Virus record (IMG/VR): IMGVR_UViG_3300020204_000008 | Strand: one strand, 5' to 3' | From: a virus | Length of the DNA stretch: 64,000 nt | Shown: piece by piece, positions 30,427-41,870 of the stretch | Layout: each line of letters begins with the position of its first letter | How positions within the stretch are numbered: the first letter of the stretch is position 1 | Notes under the pieces: generated by a model | Seen by the model: only the letters and a program-made list of their open reading frames with translations | What the model was told of the DNA's origin: nothing | Database searches by the model: none | Position numbers and translations under genes: made by a program

Positions 30427-33400
30427 TTAGATGAATTTAATTTTTATCTTTGGACTTATCGATAGACCTGAACCCGGTTTCTTTAAGAAACTAAATTGAA
30501 GTATCAACTTATCTTTTTTATTTATTTGCAATGACTTTAGTATCTCGTATCCTTGAGTAAAGCGTTTCTTGTCGTCTAGGAACACGAATTCTATTGCATT
30601 GGGATTTGAACTAGCTTGTTGATTGGTTGCAACCAGTGAGGCGTCTTCCTTTGCATACAAGGCATTTATATCAATATCATACAACTTTAAGATATTAAGT
30701 TTTATGTATTCTCTGACGTATGAAGAAACATTTATGTCAGGATCTGATATGTTGGTAAAATTACCGATGTATTGGTTTGAGTTTATCAAGTACTCATTGA
30801 ATTTTTCAGCGATGCCGTCTTCGATCAGGAATCGAGTAAGCACGTTATTTACGTTAATGATTCCTTCAACCGCGGTCGGAGTCTCCTTCGCAACGATCTC
30901 AACTTTAGAAACGTCGACTGATTTGAACTCTACTGAAGGATCTATGAATTGAATCTTAAAATCATTAAGTTCTATGATCTCAGGCAGAGTGATCAATTTA
31001 GCTAAGAATGAATCGTCCTCCTCTATTCGTAGTGCTCCAGAAACCGGCGAGTACTGCTCTTTGTTTGAATATCGATAATGAAAGCCCCAGTCCCAGTTTC
31101 CTCTAAGTAAGAAATAATCTGCTTGACCAATTGCTACTTCGCTGATTTTAGGATAGATCGGTAAGTATGATTCGTCTGATTCTAGCACTAGGACTTGAGT
31201 GTCTGCAACCTTGATATGATTGAAGTTTTGGATAGTCAATAGATTTGAGATATCTGAATTTATCTTAGTGTTACTTAATGAAAGGTCATTGATTAGATTC
31301 TTTTTAAATTTATAGTTTGATTTATACACTGAGTAGTTTCGAATGATTGGCTCGTATTCTCCTTTGTATCGATTTAATTCGTATTTTACAGGAAGATTTG
31401 CGACTTCATAGTCAGTGCCGATTTCTTCCTGACCAGAAAACTGAATAGGAATGCTTGTTGTATAATTGGTGATCAGCTGATTTTGCTTTTCAATTGAGCT
31501 TAAGTCTAGAATTTCTAGATAAAAATTAGGATCAGTATTAAGTACTGAAGTACCGGTTTGATCAAGAGAATACGATGAGTATTCTATGATAATATCTAGA
31601 GAATTAACGTATTGTTTAAACTTAGCAAAGGATATTTTTTCAAATAACTTTTCAAAGTAGCCTTCTCCACCAGTTAAAACTTTAAATACAAAGTTTTGAT
31701 TGATGAATGCGGATGTGCTAGTTGGTAAAATTCCATATATAGTTAAGGAGGGTAGAACAAGCCCTACGTTATAATTGATTCCATCATAGTGGACAAACTT
31801 TTCTAAAGAATAGTCAATTGGATTAATTAACGGAACAGTCGGCACGAACCCAACAAACCCACACATAAAAAGATCAAAATTAGTGCTAAGGTCCTTCATA
31901 AAAACTAGGGTCGAGCTCTTAGGATTGATGATGTCATCAGTAAGAGAACCTAAATAATTTGGAGTATTTAGATTGGGCAGGGCCTTTATCGTGTAATCTG
32001 AACCGTTAAATCCAGTAGAACTAAAGTTGAGCTTGGTTCCCATCTTAACGTTTGAAAAGGAATCAAGTACAGTGTTGTATTTTTTATTCTTTAGAGAATA
32101 GAGTAGGGTGTGAGTTAGGTTAGATACTTGACCGAATTGAATTCGATAATCTCCGTTAATGCTATCATAATATTCGGTTAGAAAAGGAGTCAATGCAACA
32201 AAGTTTGATGGACTTACTTGAGTGGTGCCAGATAAGGTGGAATCCAGCCAATAGCCGTCTATTTCAGAAAGGTTTCCTATGTAAACTTCAATGATGACTA
32301 CGATAAATCGATAATCAGTGTGTTCGATCACTCGATATCTAATTGGCGGTTCATCATTAGAATTAATGTCCTCCATTATCGGCTTTAAGATACAGCTAAA
32401 TCGGTATCCCTCAAATCGAGTAGTTATTTCCTTGGCCACAGGCTTACCGTCCGACCCTAGGACATCTGGATCAGTCACGTCCTTAAACGTTAGTTTAAAT
32501 CCTTTGAAAAAAGCCTCGTATTGATCAGCTGAATTCTTGTACACCTGAGCATATCTAAATTGAGTGTCAGCAACTTCTTTTCCAGTAGCAGAAGTTGGAG
32601 TATAGGTAAAATAATTGATGAAATAGTCTGGATCAGAAAGAAGGGCTACTTCATCTAATGGAGTCTCAAAGTAATTTGTGTTTTGAGCTATTAAAGTCTC
32701 ATCGTTAGTATAGTTAAATTCGCTCTCAATATAGAACCATTCATGGGTAAAATTAATTGGATTTTGAGATCGATCAATATGATCTGGTGAAAAGTTATTT
32801 CTACCAAAGATCAATTCAGTATTTAAACGATATGGATTATCTCTAGAATCTCGACCGTTCTTGATTCCCCATTTAGTAATATATGGAATGATTTTGGATC
32901 TTAGCGCAAAGTCCAAGCTCTCATTTTCTTTATAATAATCATATTCCGTTTCAGTAAGACCGTTTAAGTATTTTGTTCTTAGTTCATACTCGTTACTTGT
33001 ATCTTGAGATACTACTTTACTTGGGTCTTTTAAGATAGAAAAACCCTCAAAACCTTTAAGCTCTTTGTTTGCATCATTGATTGGAATGGCTGAGCTTGTA
33101 GTAGAAGGATCGAATGTTACAAGCGGTGAGCCACTCACTGTTGAATAGTGAGTAGTAGTAGAAACGCTAAAACTGGATCCGGCTAAATATGTGGTTCCTT
33201 CAGTTAAGATTGATCCATTATACACGATATAATCTATTCCTGGTTCAAGTATCGTCTTGCCTTCTGGAATAAAATAATGCTGATAAAGATCAATGTTTGG
33301 AAAGTTTGTATAAGTACTTGAATAAAAATCAAGATCAAGATCCTTAATCATATAGAATGATAAAAGACCAAAGGAAGGTCTAAACTTAGGCTTCATTAAG

Positions 33401-36117
33401 AACTCCTTATTTAAGATCGTCGGAGTTTCGTTTTCATCTAGGACGACTGCTATTTTATTATCGTAATTAGATAGAGTCTTTGATCTTAACGCTGGTGTAG
33501 TAGAATTAGTCTCCGTGATCTCATCCACCCATTGAGAAACTTTTCTAATCTTTGACCAGCTATCTGAAGATTTTACTAGGATTGAATCGAAGTTTGCTTC
33601 TATTTTACTAAGGTGGCCGGCATCAATGATGAGCCTATTTCCAGCCTCCTTTGATCCTCCCATAAAAGAAAAGGTGGAACCGATTAGAGAATTTCCAGTA
33701 TAGATCGAATTAATCGTGATTACTGAGTATTCGTTTACTGGAGAAAAGAAGGAAACTTTGTGTAACTGATCAAAGTCACCTGGTGAATTGGCTTTGATAA
33801 ATACTCGGTCGTCGTATTGATATGCCGTGAAGGTTCGATTTCTAATACCGTTGATACAGCCGGTCAGAGCGCTTGCTATTTGACTTGCTGTCCCTCCGCC
33901 ATTCATGTAGAACTCATCGTATCCAAGTATGTTATCATAATCATTATAGACATAATATTCTCCTGGATTAGGAATCAGTGGGTATAGTTGAGTTGAGATA
34001 ATCAGGTCAAACTTACCTATTGAATCTATTTGGGTTCCGTTTGGATGATAGATCTTGATTTCATCATAGTTATCTAGTGAGGCATTAATCACTGATGCGA
34101 TAGTTATAGTCGCATCACTGTTACCTCCATCTATAGTAACGATATCGCCGACTTGATAACCAGAGCCAGGGTAATTTACTGCAACTGATAGTATTCCGCC
34201 TGACCCATTATCTGTGACATCAAGAGTTAGACCAGACCCACTTCCACCAGTCGTAGTAACACCGGTCGCACTAGTATAACTTGTTCCAGGTGAAGAAAGA
34301 TTAATTAGGTCAGCTCGACCCGCGTAATTTATTTTTATTACCGCGTGTGAATGTCCAGGAACTCGAGTTGCAGCCCCTAAGTCTTGTAGAAAATTATTTC
34401 GACTTTGTCCAAAAAATAGGCCTAGATCAATTTTAGTATTTGCAAACCTAAACTGACCGGTTGAGAGCTCTTTTCTGCATGTACCAAGAGCAGTACCATT
34501 AGTTGGGCTAGTCTCTACCCGGTATTCAAAATTATCGGTATCGACAACTGTTATTAGGTATTCACCCTCATACGCTACATCAGAAGATGAAATGATTACG
34601 ATATCACCTGTCGAGTATCCATGGGATAATATATTAGCATTAACTGTGGTATTACTTAAGACGAATGATACTTGTAGGACTGCATCAAATCCTCCACTGT
34701 TTACTGTGATAAGATCTCCACCTGAATAGTTTACACCTCCATTGACGATTACGATTGAGGCAATTCCGCCAAATCCATCGTCAGTTAGATTAACAATTAG
34801 GCCAGATCCTCCTCCAGTCAGTGCAGTAGTAGTTACGTTATTTTGAGTAGAATAACCAGATCCAATTGAATTGACAGACACTAATTCTACCGCATTAAAT
34901 ATGGTTAGGGATAGGTTTACTGGTGTATGATTTGAATAGTCTATCACAAAAGGATCAGATAATTTAGGCATGTATAAATTAGAATCCTTATCGCTAATAT
35001 AATTTATAAAAAGACTATCTGAATCGACGAATGTTCTACTAAATTCAGAAACATTTATTTCTGAACTCTTATACGGAACGATGACTCCATCTGGATTAGA
35101 CTGAGTAAGGAATACTTCATCTGTCTCTAAGAATCTTTTTCTAAAGTGTGGATCGTTTTCCCAAGTACCGCGATTTAAGTATGCTCGATCCAAGTCGATA
35201 TCTAATTTAGTAAGCTCAATCGCATTAACATATACTCCTAAATATCGATTAAAATCATATTTGTTTGAACTATCGTCATTAAATACAAATTCTAAATTTA
35301 AGATGTTTGGAAAGATCACCCCGTTTCTTGAAAACCCATTGGTGATATTTTCTTCAAAAAACTTTAGTGGCTGAGATGAAGTATAAAAGTTATTTAATGA
35401 TTCGCCTCTGCTTCCAAATATTCCCTCATTTATCAATATTCCATTCCACGTGGTAAATTCGCCCTCTTCATAGAGAACGGTGAGCGGACTTGTTGGAAAA
35501 TTTACGTTATTTATGTAATCCCTTAGGTATTTTCCAGGAGTAGTCTCTGCCCTAAGATCAAATGTCTGGATGATGGATGCTTTATTGAATAAGTCGATTA
35601 AATATTCGGTCTTGGTCTCTCCAGCATCATATTTTTGTTTTACTTGATCAAGAGGAAAATTAGCTGGGTCGTTTATCTTAAATATGATGAAATAATCAGG
35701 TACCTCTTCTTTAAGATAAAGCGGTGCAAAATACGACATTCGTTCAGTATACTTGTTTGAAGCTAAGTATTTTACGCCACTAAAATAGTGAGAAAAATCG
35801 TACTGATCCTTAAAGTTCTTGGAAGTCTTAGTTGAATCTACTTGTTCATTAAGATCAAAGATAATCTCATTTGGAGTAGATCCATTATTAAAAAATCTAA
35901 GAATGTTTGCAGGATGAGACTGAGTAACATTAATCGGAACTTTAGAATAGAGATCCTTTGAGAGTTCAGGGTTAGCTTTTATTGATTCTAGCCACATGTA
36001 ACCCGAATCATTTATCGCGATCTTAACATTTCCAGTAAGCTTGGGATTGGTCCTAACTAATTGAAAACTACTATCTTCAGTTAATAACTTAACGTAGTTT
36101 ATGTCGCGATTACTCAT
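30427..36117 (-). CDS. Large virion (baseplate/tail) protein, 1896 aa
   Basis: LVRTNPKLTGNVK N-terminus; two GSGY...GD.(I/V)T modules and an HGYSTGDIVII module typical of myophage structural proteins. Confidence 0.65.
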   Translation of the reverse strand: MSNRDINYVKLLTEDSSFQLVRTNPKLTGNVKIAINDSGYMWLESIKANPELSKDLYSKVPINVTQSHPANILRFFNNGSTPNEIIFDLNEQVDSTKTSKNFKDQYDFSHYFSGVKYLASNKYTERMSYFAPLYLKEEVPDYFIIFKINDPANFPLDQVKQKYDAGETKTEYLIDLFNKASIIQTFDLRAETTPGKYLRDYINNVNFPTSPLTVLYEEGEFTTWNGILINEGIFGSRGESLNNFYTSSQPLKFFEENITNGFSRNGVIFPNILNLEFVFNDDSSNKYDFNRYLGVYVNAIELTKLDIDLDRAYLNRGTWENDPHFRKRFLETDEVFLTQSNPDGVIVPYKSSEINVSEFSRTFVDSDSLFINYISDKDSNLYMPKLSDPFVIDYSNHTPVNLSLTIFNAVELVSVNSIGSGYSTQNNVTTTALTGGGSGLIVNLTDDGFGGIASIVIVNGGVNYSGGDLITVNSGGFDAVLQVSFVLSNTTVNANILSHGYSTGDIVIISSSDVAYEGEYLITVVDTDNFEYRVETSPTNGTALGTCRKELSTGQFRFANTKIDLGLFFGQSRNNFLQDLGAATRVPGHSHAVIKINYAGRADLINLSSPGTSYTSATGVTTTGGSGSGLTLDVTDNGSGGILSVAVNYPGSGYQVGDIVTIDGGNSDATITIASVINASLDNYDEIKIYHPNGTQIDSIGKFDLIISTQLYPLIPNPGEYYVYNDYDNILGYDEFYMNGGGTASQIASALTGCINGIRNRTFTAYQYDDRVFIKANSPGDFDQLHKVSFFSPVNEYSVITINSIYTGNSLIGSTFSFMGGSKEAGNRLIIDAGHLSKIEANFDSILVKSSDSWSKIRKVSQWVDEITETNSTTPALRSKTLSNYDNKIAVVLDENETPTILNKEFLMKPKFRPSFGLLSFYMIKDLDLDFYSSTYTNFPNIDLYQHYFIPEGKTILEPGIDYIVYNGSILTEGTTYLAGSSFSVSTTTHYSTVSGSPLVTFDPSTTSSAIPINDANKELKGFEGFSILKDPSKVVSQDTSNEYELRTKYLNGLTETEYDYYKENESLDFALRSKIIPYITKWGIKNGRDSRDNPYRLNTELIFGRNNFSPDHIDRSQNPINFTHEWFYIESEFNYTNDETLIAQNTNYFETPLDEVALLSDPDYFINYFTYTPTSATGKEVADTQFRYAQVYKNSADQYEAFFKGFKLTFKDVTDPDVLGSDGKPVAKEITTRFEGYRFSCILKPIMEDINSNDEPPIRYRVIEHTDYRFIVVIIEVYIGNLSEIDGYWLDSTLSGTTQVSPSNFVALTPFLTEYYDSINGDYRIQFGQVSNLTHTLLYSLKNKKYNTVLDSFSNVKMGTKLNFSSTGFNGSDYTIKALPNLNTPNYLGSLTDDIINPKSSTLVFMKDLSTNFDLFMCGFVGFVPTVPLINPIDYSLEKFVHYDGINYNVGLVLPSLTIYGILPTSTSAFINQNFVFKVLTGGEGYFEKLFEKISFAKFKQYVNSLDIIIEYSSYSLDQTGTSVLNTDPNFYLEILDLSSIEKQNQLITNYTTSIPIQFSGQEEIGTDYEVANLPVKYELNRYKGEYEPIIRNYSVYKSNYKFKKNLINDLSLSNTKINSDISNLLTIQNFNHIKVADTQVLVLESDESYLPIYPKISEVAIGQADYFLLRGNWDWGFHYRYSNKEQYSPVSGALRIEEDDSFLAKLITLPEIIELNDFKIQFIDPSVEFKSVDVSKVEIVAKETPTAVEGIINVNNVLTRFLIEDGIAEKFNEYLINSNQYIGNFTNISDPDINVSSYVREYIKLNILKLYDIDINALYAKEDASLVATNQQASSNPNAIEFVFLDDKKRFTQGYEILKSLQINKKDKLILQFSFLKKPGSGLSISPKIKIKFI

Positions 36118-36135
36118 ATTGATATATGCTCATTT

Positions 36136-39100
36136 TTAGAAGCTAGAAACTTTTCCTTTACTTTGAACTAGCGGTGCATCTAGAGTAGTCTCTTTGATAT
36201 ATTGTGCGCTTACTTGTAGATCAAATGAAAAAGGTGCATAGTCTTTTAGGATGATGTCAATTCCTAATTTCTTTGAATATTTTATATTAGTTAAAGCGTC
36301 TCCGGTTCTTCTAAATCCTCCAATATATCCAAGTTTATCTGATGCTCTAAATTGAAATAATACTGGGATATTTAAAGCATTCTCTGGACCAAACTTGACT
36401 GTTTTAGTTGATCTGGCTGGAAAGTTTCCTTCAACTGATACTGATTCATAATTAGTTGGATACATGTAAAGATAAGCTCCACATGTATATTTTCCAATAA
36501 GATATTCATCATTCTTGGTAAAACCTAACTTGATCGGATAGTGAGAATCGTTTTTACCAGAAATAGTTGTATTATCTGATGGAGTCAATGGTGTAACTCG
36601 ACTTGCTTGTTTATAGTATTCAACACTATATGCATTTGTTACTTCAGACACAGCAGTCTCAAAATGAAGTGCATGAGCAAAGGGTAAATATTTTTGAAAG
36701 TCAGCAGCCGTAATGGAAGTACCAGCATTGAAATCTGGCCTAAATACTTCTGCGATATTTGCTACTGAAAATGACGGGCCACACAGAGTAGGAAGATCTG
36801 GGTGATCTTTACTTATACAAAATTCAGTAAGTCGACCGCCGCCGTTTGGAACAGAGGAAGCATTAGTTGTTCCTGCCCATACCCTAGAATCAGTTGATGT
36901 CAATGGAATAGCAGTAGTTGGATTAAACGGTAGATAGTGACCCCAGTTTGCAGGAACAAATGACGTTGTTCCAACGGTTCGACCGCCATATGTATATGCT
37001 TGAGTATAATAAGGCACACTCGCATAAGTAGATGATGGAAAACTTGGTGAATACATTTCCTCAGATAATCCATATTCTCTTACTCTAGAGTTAATGAATT
37101 GACTCTTTACTTGACCAGATTGTGTGCTGGCCTTTTGTTTAAAGTTAGAGATTAATGGAACTGGATTTGAATTTACTCCAATTGGAACTATATCATATCT
37201 TCTATTTACATGATAATCATCATCCGGATATGCAGTAGGATTTGATGTAGTATCGACTTCATTGATTCCTCCGAATAGAAGAGATATTAATTCAAGACTA
37301 GTAGCTGACGTATTTTGGATCGATATCGCATACTGCTTAGTTATGATTGCACCTTCGTTATAGACAACAGTTCCGCCAGTCGTGTCTTTAATAAGATCTT
37401 TATAATATCCGGCAAATAATTGTATTGTATCTCCGTTTGCAACGTCTAATGAATTTCCATCAGAATCTATCACACTTACTTTGATTACACCACGATCAAG
37501 ATTAATTGATTGTTGGATCGCATCCAAAGTAGTCTGTAAGCTTTTTAATTTTTGATATAAGTCTATTACATTTCCTTCATTAGTAAAGAATCCGCTAGAG
37601 ATATCCTCGGCTATGTGAGAATAAAACTTATCACCAGACGTAAATTGATTAGCTAGATGATTGTCTAGACCTTTAGAATTTAAGCTGTTTTCAAAATCAA
37701 GCTTAGCCTTTTCAGTAAATGCTTTTTGTGAAGCTATCATACTGTCTTCTTGAGATTGAATGTTTTCTGGGAATCTTACTTGAATTACGTTTGACCATAT
37801 AGATTCGGCCGCGTTGGAAGGCCAACCGGCTTCAGACAAAGATTTTACTTGAATCTCAACTAATTCTCCCTTTCTAATTGGTATGTTTAGCTGATTTGTG
37901 TTTACTACATCAGAATCAGTAAGAGTCTCTTCCGCCCATACATAGAGTCCAGTAGTCTCATCTAACACTTTTTGTCGAGGTTTTGTTAGTACTTCATTCC
38001 ATGGAGAAAAAGTGGCAGTTTTAGTAGACCCATCAACATCAACGAATGACTGTTGTTGAGCATTGGGCTGAGTACCAGTTAAGCTTAAATATCGATATCG
38101 GTATTTGAATTGAACTACGTTTTGCGTCCCATACTTATCTAACTTAGGATTAGGTATCTGCCAAAATCCTCTAACTTCATACTTTTTATTAGTAACGAAT
38201 TGTGGTGTAGTTGATAACTGTACTGTGATATTTGTAACTAGGGAGGTGAGAGCAGCAGTCTTTTCATTACGTGCAGTAAGGGATTCAGTAAGTTGCTTTT
38301 GTAAGCGCTTAGCCTCCTTTGGAGTCTTAGAAACAGTTGTGATGTTGGCTTTAATCGAATCAATCTTCTTATTTAATTCTTCGACCTCTTGTTGAAGAGC
38401 GGCTTTTTCCTTTACGTTATTATTTAATTCAGTTATGCTCGCATCATCTTGAATGTGTTGATCTATCTGGTATACTTTAAAACTAGTTTCATCTAGGACT
38501 GGAGCATCTGGCGTTATGGCTAAGATCGAAGGTAGGGTCTTTTCTTTAGCTAAGTTTAGAAGAATTAGTCCAAAGTCAGATACGAAATTGTTGTAATAAT
38601 CAGCAAGAGTCGTAGTAGATTCATCTTGTAAAGGAATAGTCAACTCATTTGTATATAGAGCAAGCCCTTTAGAAAAATCATTGATTGTTAAGTTTTTAGA
38701 TTTACTAACAGGCTTAATAAAGATTACTTCTCTTTCATTAAAACCAACGTTTACCTGTAACTCAGGTCGACGATACGGTACTGGTTTTAGCTTAAGCACG
38801 TCTGCACCTATCGTTAAAGGATCGTTTCCAAATATTCTTTCTAATACAACTTCAGTATCAGTAGAATTAATTGAGATAACTCGATACTCAGTGTCGTTTG
38901 CTGTGATTAAGACATCGCCTTCAGCTAGCGTCTTACTGTTCTGTACTCCAGATAAAACATCTGTATAAACTAGTGTGCTTAATTTATATCGACGACGTAA
39001 TGTAGAAACAGTTGCTCCACTATTTAGTGTCTGATTTCCTGTCTCTTCTAATATATTTACGATATCGAATGTTCCTTGGAACCTATTGATTGACACTTCC

Positions 39101-39723
39101 ATATCAACAACGGTATCGTCCTCAAAGAAATCGATCCCATTATCATTAAGCTCTTGTACTAGGCTTGAATATACAAGGTCATTTTGTCCTTTATAGTTTT
39201 CATCAAAAAATGCAGCAACATCATCATTGTTTACTGAGTTAACGATGATTCTCTTAACTATGAACTGATCAATATCCTCAGTTAATACTGACGAGATATC
39301 TAAGCTCACATAGAGTAGAGGATTTAGGAAAGACTCAAAAAACCAGTTATTTTTTACTTTAAATGAACTGGGAACAGTAAACGTAGAATTTTGAACGGTC
39401 TCAAGATCTTTAATTAATTGAGACGTCTTTTTTAATTCAAACTTTCTAAGATCTCCGGTTGATGATTTTATTCCGATCACATCGCTATTTGCTGAGATCA
39501 AGGTATCGAATTTTGTGTTAATGTCTTCAATCTTACCCTTAAGATATCCAAAAGAGGGCACCGTGATATTAGTTGAAGTACCATCGACCTTGGTTTGGGA
39601 CACAGTAACGTTTTCAGAACTTGATTCTAGAATATTCTGTAGACTAAATAAAAATTTATTCATGTTGTCAATGTCGACAACTAGTCTCTTTAAAACGTCA
39701 GATAGCGTATGTTTTGTTTCCAT
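36136..39723 (-). CDS. Large virion structural protein with central coiled coil, 1195 aa
   Basis: Long ORF in the late operon; coiled coil around aa 425-500. Confidence 0.6.
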   Translation of the reverse strand: METKHTLSDVLKRLVVDIDNMNKFLFSLQNILESSSENVTVSQTKVDGTSTNITVPSFGYLKGKIEDINTKFDTLISANSDVIGIKSSTGDLRKFELKKTSQLIKDLETVQNSTFTVPSSFKVKNNWFFESFLNPLLYVSLDISSVLTEDIDQFIVKRIIVNSVNNDDVAAFFDENYKGQNDLVYSSLVQELNDNGIDFFEDDTVVDMEVSINRFQGTFDIVNILEETGNQTLNSGATVSTLRRRYKLSTLVYTDVLSGVQNSKTLAEGDVLITANDTEYRVISINSTDTEVVLERIFGNDPLTIGADVLKLKPVPYRRPELQVNVGFNEREVIFIKPVSKSKNLTINDFSKGLALYTNELTIPLQDESTTTLADYYNNFVSDFGLILLNLAKEKTLPSILAITPDAPVLDETSFKVYQIDQHIQDDASITELNNNVKEKAALQQEVEELNKKIDSIKANITTVSKTPKEAKRLQKQLTESLTARNEKTAALTSLVTNITVQLSTTPQFVTNKKYEVRGFWQIPNPKLDKYGTQNVVQFKYRYRYLSLTGTQPNAQQQSFVDVDGSTKTATFSPWNEVLTKPRQKVLDETTGLYVWAEETLTDSDVVNTNQLNIPIRKGELVEIQVKSLSEAGWPSNAAESIWSNVIQVRFPENIQSQEDSMIASQKAFTEKAKLDFENSLNSKGLDNHLANQFTSGDKFYSHIAEDISSGFFTNEGNVIDLYQKLKSLQTTLDAIQQSINLDRGVIKVSVIDSDGNSLDVANGDTIQLFAGYYKDLIKDTTGGTVVYNEGAIITKQYAISIQNTSATSLELISLLFGGINEVDTTSNPTAYPDDDYHVNRRYDIVPIGVNSNPVPLISNFKQKASTQSGQVKSQFINSRVREYGLSEEMYSPSFPSSTYASVPYYTQAYTYGGRTVGTTSFVPANWGHYLPFNPTTAIPLTSTDSRVWAGTTNASSVPNGGGRLTEFCISKDHPDLPTLCGPSFSVANIAEVFRPDFNAGTSITAADFQKYLPFAHALHFETAVSEVTNAYSVEYYKQASRVTPLTPSDNTTISGKNDSHYPIKLGFTKNDEYLIGKYTCGAYLYMYPTNYESVSVEGNFPARSTKTVKFGPENALNIPVLFQFRASDKLGYIGGFRRTGDALTNIKYSKKLGIDIILKDYAPFSFDLQVSAQYIKETTLDAPLVQSKGKVSSF

Positions 39724-39734
39724 GTATTCTTATG

Positions 39735-41852
39735 TTATCTTATTTGATCTACCCTAAAGGTAAATGTAGTATCATCCATACAGATGATTTCAAAAATAGG
39801 TTTATTTAGTGATGGTGTAAAATCAAGATCATTAAAGAGTCCGATTACTACTCCATACACACCAGTATTATTTCTATTTAATGCATCTGTGTATATCTTA
39901 AAGTCAAATGTTCCTGGAATGATTTCATCCTCTATCACCAATCGAAGGACCTGCCCTTTTTTCCATCTAACCATTGAATCATCTATGTATAATGATAGGT
40001 CCGATGTTAGAATAGTTGGAATGGTCGCGTTTTGATGAACAAAATAATTGGTAAATGTTCCTAGGGTTAAAGTGCTGTTCGTAGCAATATTAGTTAATGA
40101 CCCATTTGCGATATTGTACTGCTGATTGATATTTACTACTCGTACCCTATTTGGTATGCTGCGATCAATCACGATACCTTCACCAGGTCGTATTCCGTCT
40201 AGGTCGTATGAGACTACGATATTTGTATCTCCAGCAATAATTGAGTTGATCTTAGAATTAGTATTATCAATCATTGCAACTAATTCTCCAGTGTTACTAA
40301 ATATCGCTTGATTTGCGATTAGAGAAGTCTCTAGGTTTGATACCCTAGTCAAGATCTCGCTCGAATCAATTGAGTTTACTAGAAGATCTTTGATTGAGTT
40401 TACCTGCTGTTGTAGAGCTTCTAACTCAAGCAATTTATTTGAAAAAGTTGTCTGTAATTGGGTAAACTTGGTCAAGACATCAGTAAATAGTTCTAGTGAA
40501 AAAGTAGAGTAGTCATTTATTGATTTTTCGACCTTTGTGTCCTCAATTGAAGTATCTAATTTAAGATTTAACTTAAATGAAAAAGAGTTTCCATTGGTTT
40601 TACTTATTGGGTCTGGCTTGTATTTTGTGATCGGTGGGATCGCAAACTCAAGGCCGCTCTGTTGGATCTTATCTAGGAATAATACACCGTACAAGTTAGT
40701 CTTGAAATCGATTGGGTTTCCATTGGAGTCCAAGTTGTTTGGATCGTATGTATCATAATAGACAAGCACAGCATTGAATTCAAAATCACGATTAGCTACG
40801 TAATCGTTAAATTGTGAAAATACTTTTATCTCTGGATTTTCACTAGCTAGTTTATAATTAGCTAAGTCAAAATCGATTGAGATACCATCAAGTGTGGATC
40901 TTTGATATTCAACTATAGTTGGTCCGAGAGTCTTTTTAATGAACTGATCAGAAGCAACGTAATATTGGTTTGAACCGTTATTATCAGTATAGTATGAGTT
41001 ATTTATGGTACCAGTAAACCAATTACCTGGAGCATATGCTCCAGCCAAAGTATTTTTGATTTGAGTGTTGACGCTCGCATCGTCTAGATCATAAAACGCT
41101 TTTAGCGTCAACCCAAAGGGATGGGTCTCGTTATAGTGACGACCGGAAAGATATTCTACGTCTAGAGGAGCAGCTAAAGTATTAGCGATCGTCATTCCAG
41201 GTTTGTAGTTATCGTCCTTTATTGATTTAAACAAGACGTGTGGAGTGGTTCCTACATTTGTTGGAACGTGTATATACACTTCAGTGTAAGAGTTTTCGCT
41301 AGAAGAAAGAGTATTTACTACGTCGATATCGCCGACGTATTTTACTACTCGATTATAGGTAGAATTGGTTTCTGGTTTTTCAACAAAGCGGTACTCAGTA
41401 TGATCTACTGGATCGACTGGTAGATTGGCTGAGTTTTTTTCTAGGGCATTTGCGTCTTGAAATCGAATCGCACCAGTCTCCTTTAGCCATTTCCAAAAAA
41501 CTCTCTCAGATACTGTTAGTCTCTCATTCTTTTTATATGTAGGTCGACTTAATAATAATGCTTCTAGGTTTAGTGCATAGTTTTGAAAATTCTCCGCTAA
41601 GTTTACGTTATTATCAGGATTAAGACCCTCAATTATTGGCGATTCACCGGCTGCCGCGAACTGTATCTTATTGTCTGTCGCTAACGTGTTTGGAGTACCT
41701 ATCTCAGGAATCCTAAGTAGCACAAACTTGGAAAATCTAACAGCGTTCTCGCTATTAGCTAGGGTGATATTTATGTCTTCAAGCGCGCTTTGGAAATTAT
41801 AAAATATTCCTTTCTTGTCCTGAACTGGCTTAATTAACGGAGTTACTGCCAT
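39735..41852 (-). CDS. Virion structural protein, 705 aa
   Basis: Long ORF in the late operon; coiled coil near the C-terminus. Confidence 0.6.
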   Translation of the reverse strand: MAVTPLIKPVQDKKGIFYNFQSALEDINITLANSENAVRFSKFVLLRIPEIGTPNTLATDNKIQFAAAGESPIIEGLNPDNNVNLAENFQNYALNLEALLLSRPTYKKNERLTVSERVFWKWLKETGAIRFQDANALEKNSANLPVDPVDHTEYRFVEKPETNSTYNRVVKYVGDIDVVNTLSSSENSYTEVYIHVPTNVGTTPHVLFKSIKDDNYKPGMTIANTLAAPLDVEYLSGRHYNETHPFGLTLKAFYDLDDASVNTQIKNTLAGAYAPGNWFTGTINNSYYTDNNGSNQYYVASDQFIKKTLGPTIVEYQRSTLDGISIDFDLANYKLASENPEIKVFSQFNDYVANRDFEFNAVLVYYDTYDPNNLDSNGNPIDFKTNLYGVLFLDKIQQSGLEFAIPPITKYKPDPISKTNGNSFSFKLNLKLDTSIEDTKVEKSINDYSTFSLELFTDVLTKFTQLQTTFSNKLLELEALQQQVNSIKDLLVNSIDSSEILTRVSNLETSLIANQAIFSNTGELVAMIDNTNSKINSIIAGDTNIVVSYDLDGIRPGEGIVIDRSIPNRVRVVNINQQYNIANGSLTNIATNSTLTLGTFTNYFVHQNATIPTILTSDLSLYIDDSMVRWKKGQVLRLVIEDEIIPGTFDFKIYTDALNRNNTGVYGVVIGLFNDLDFTPSLNKPIFEIICMDDTTFTFRVDQIR

Positions 41853-41870
41853 TTAATTTTTCTTTTTTTA

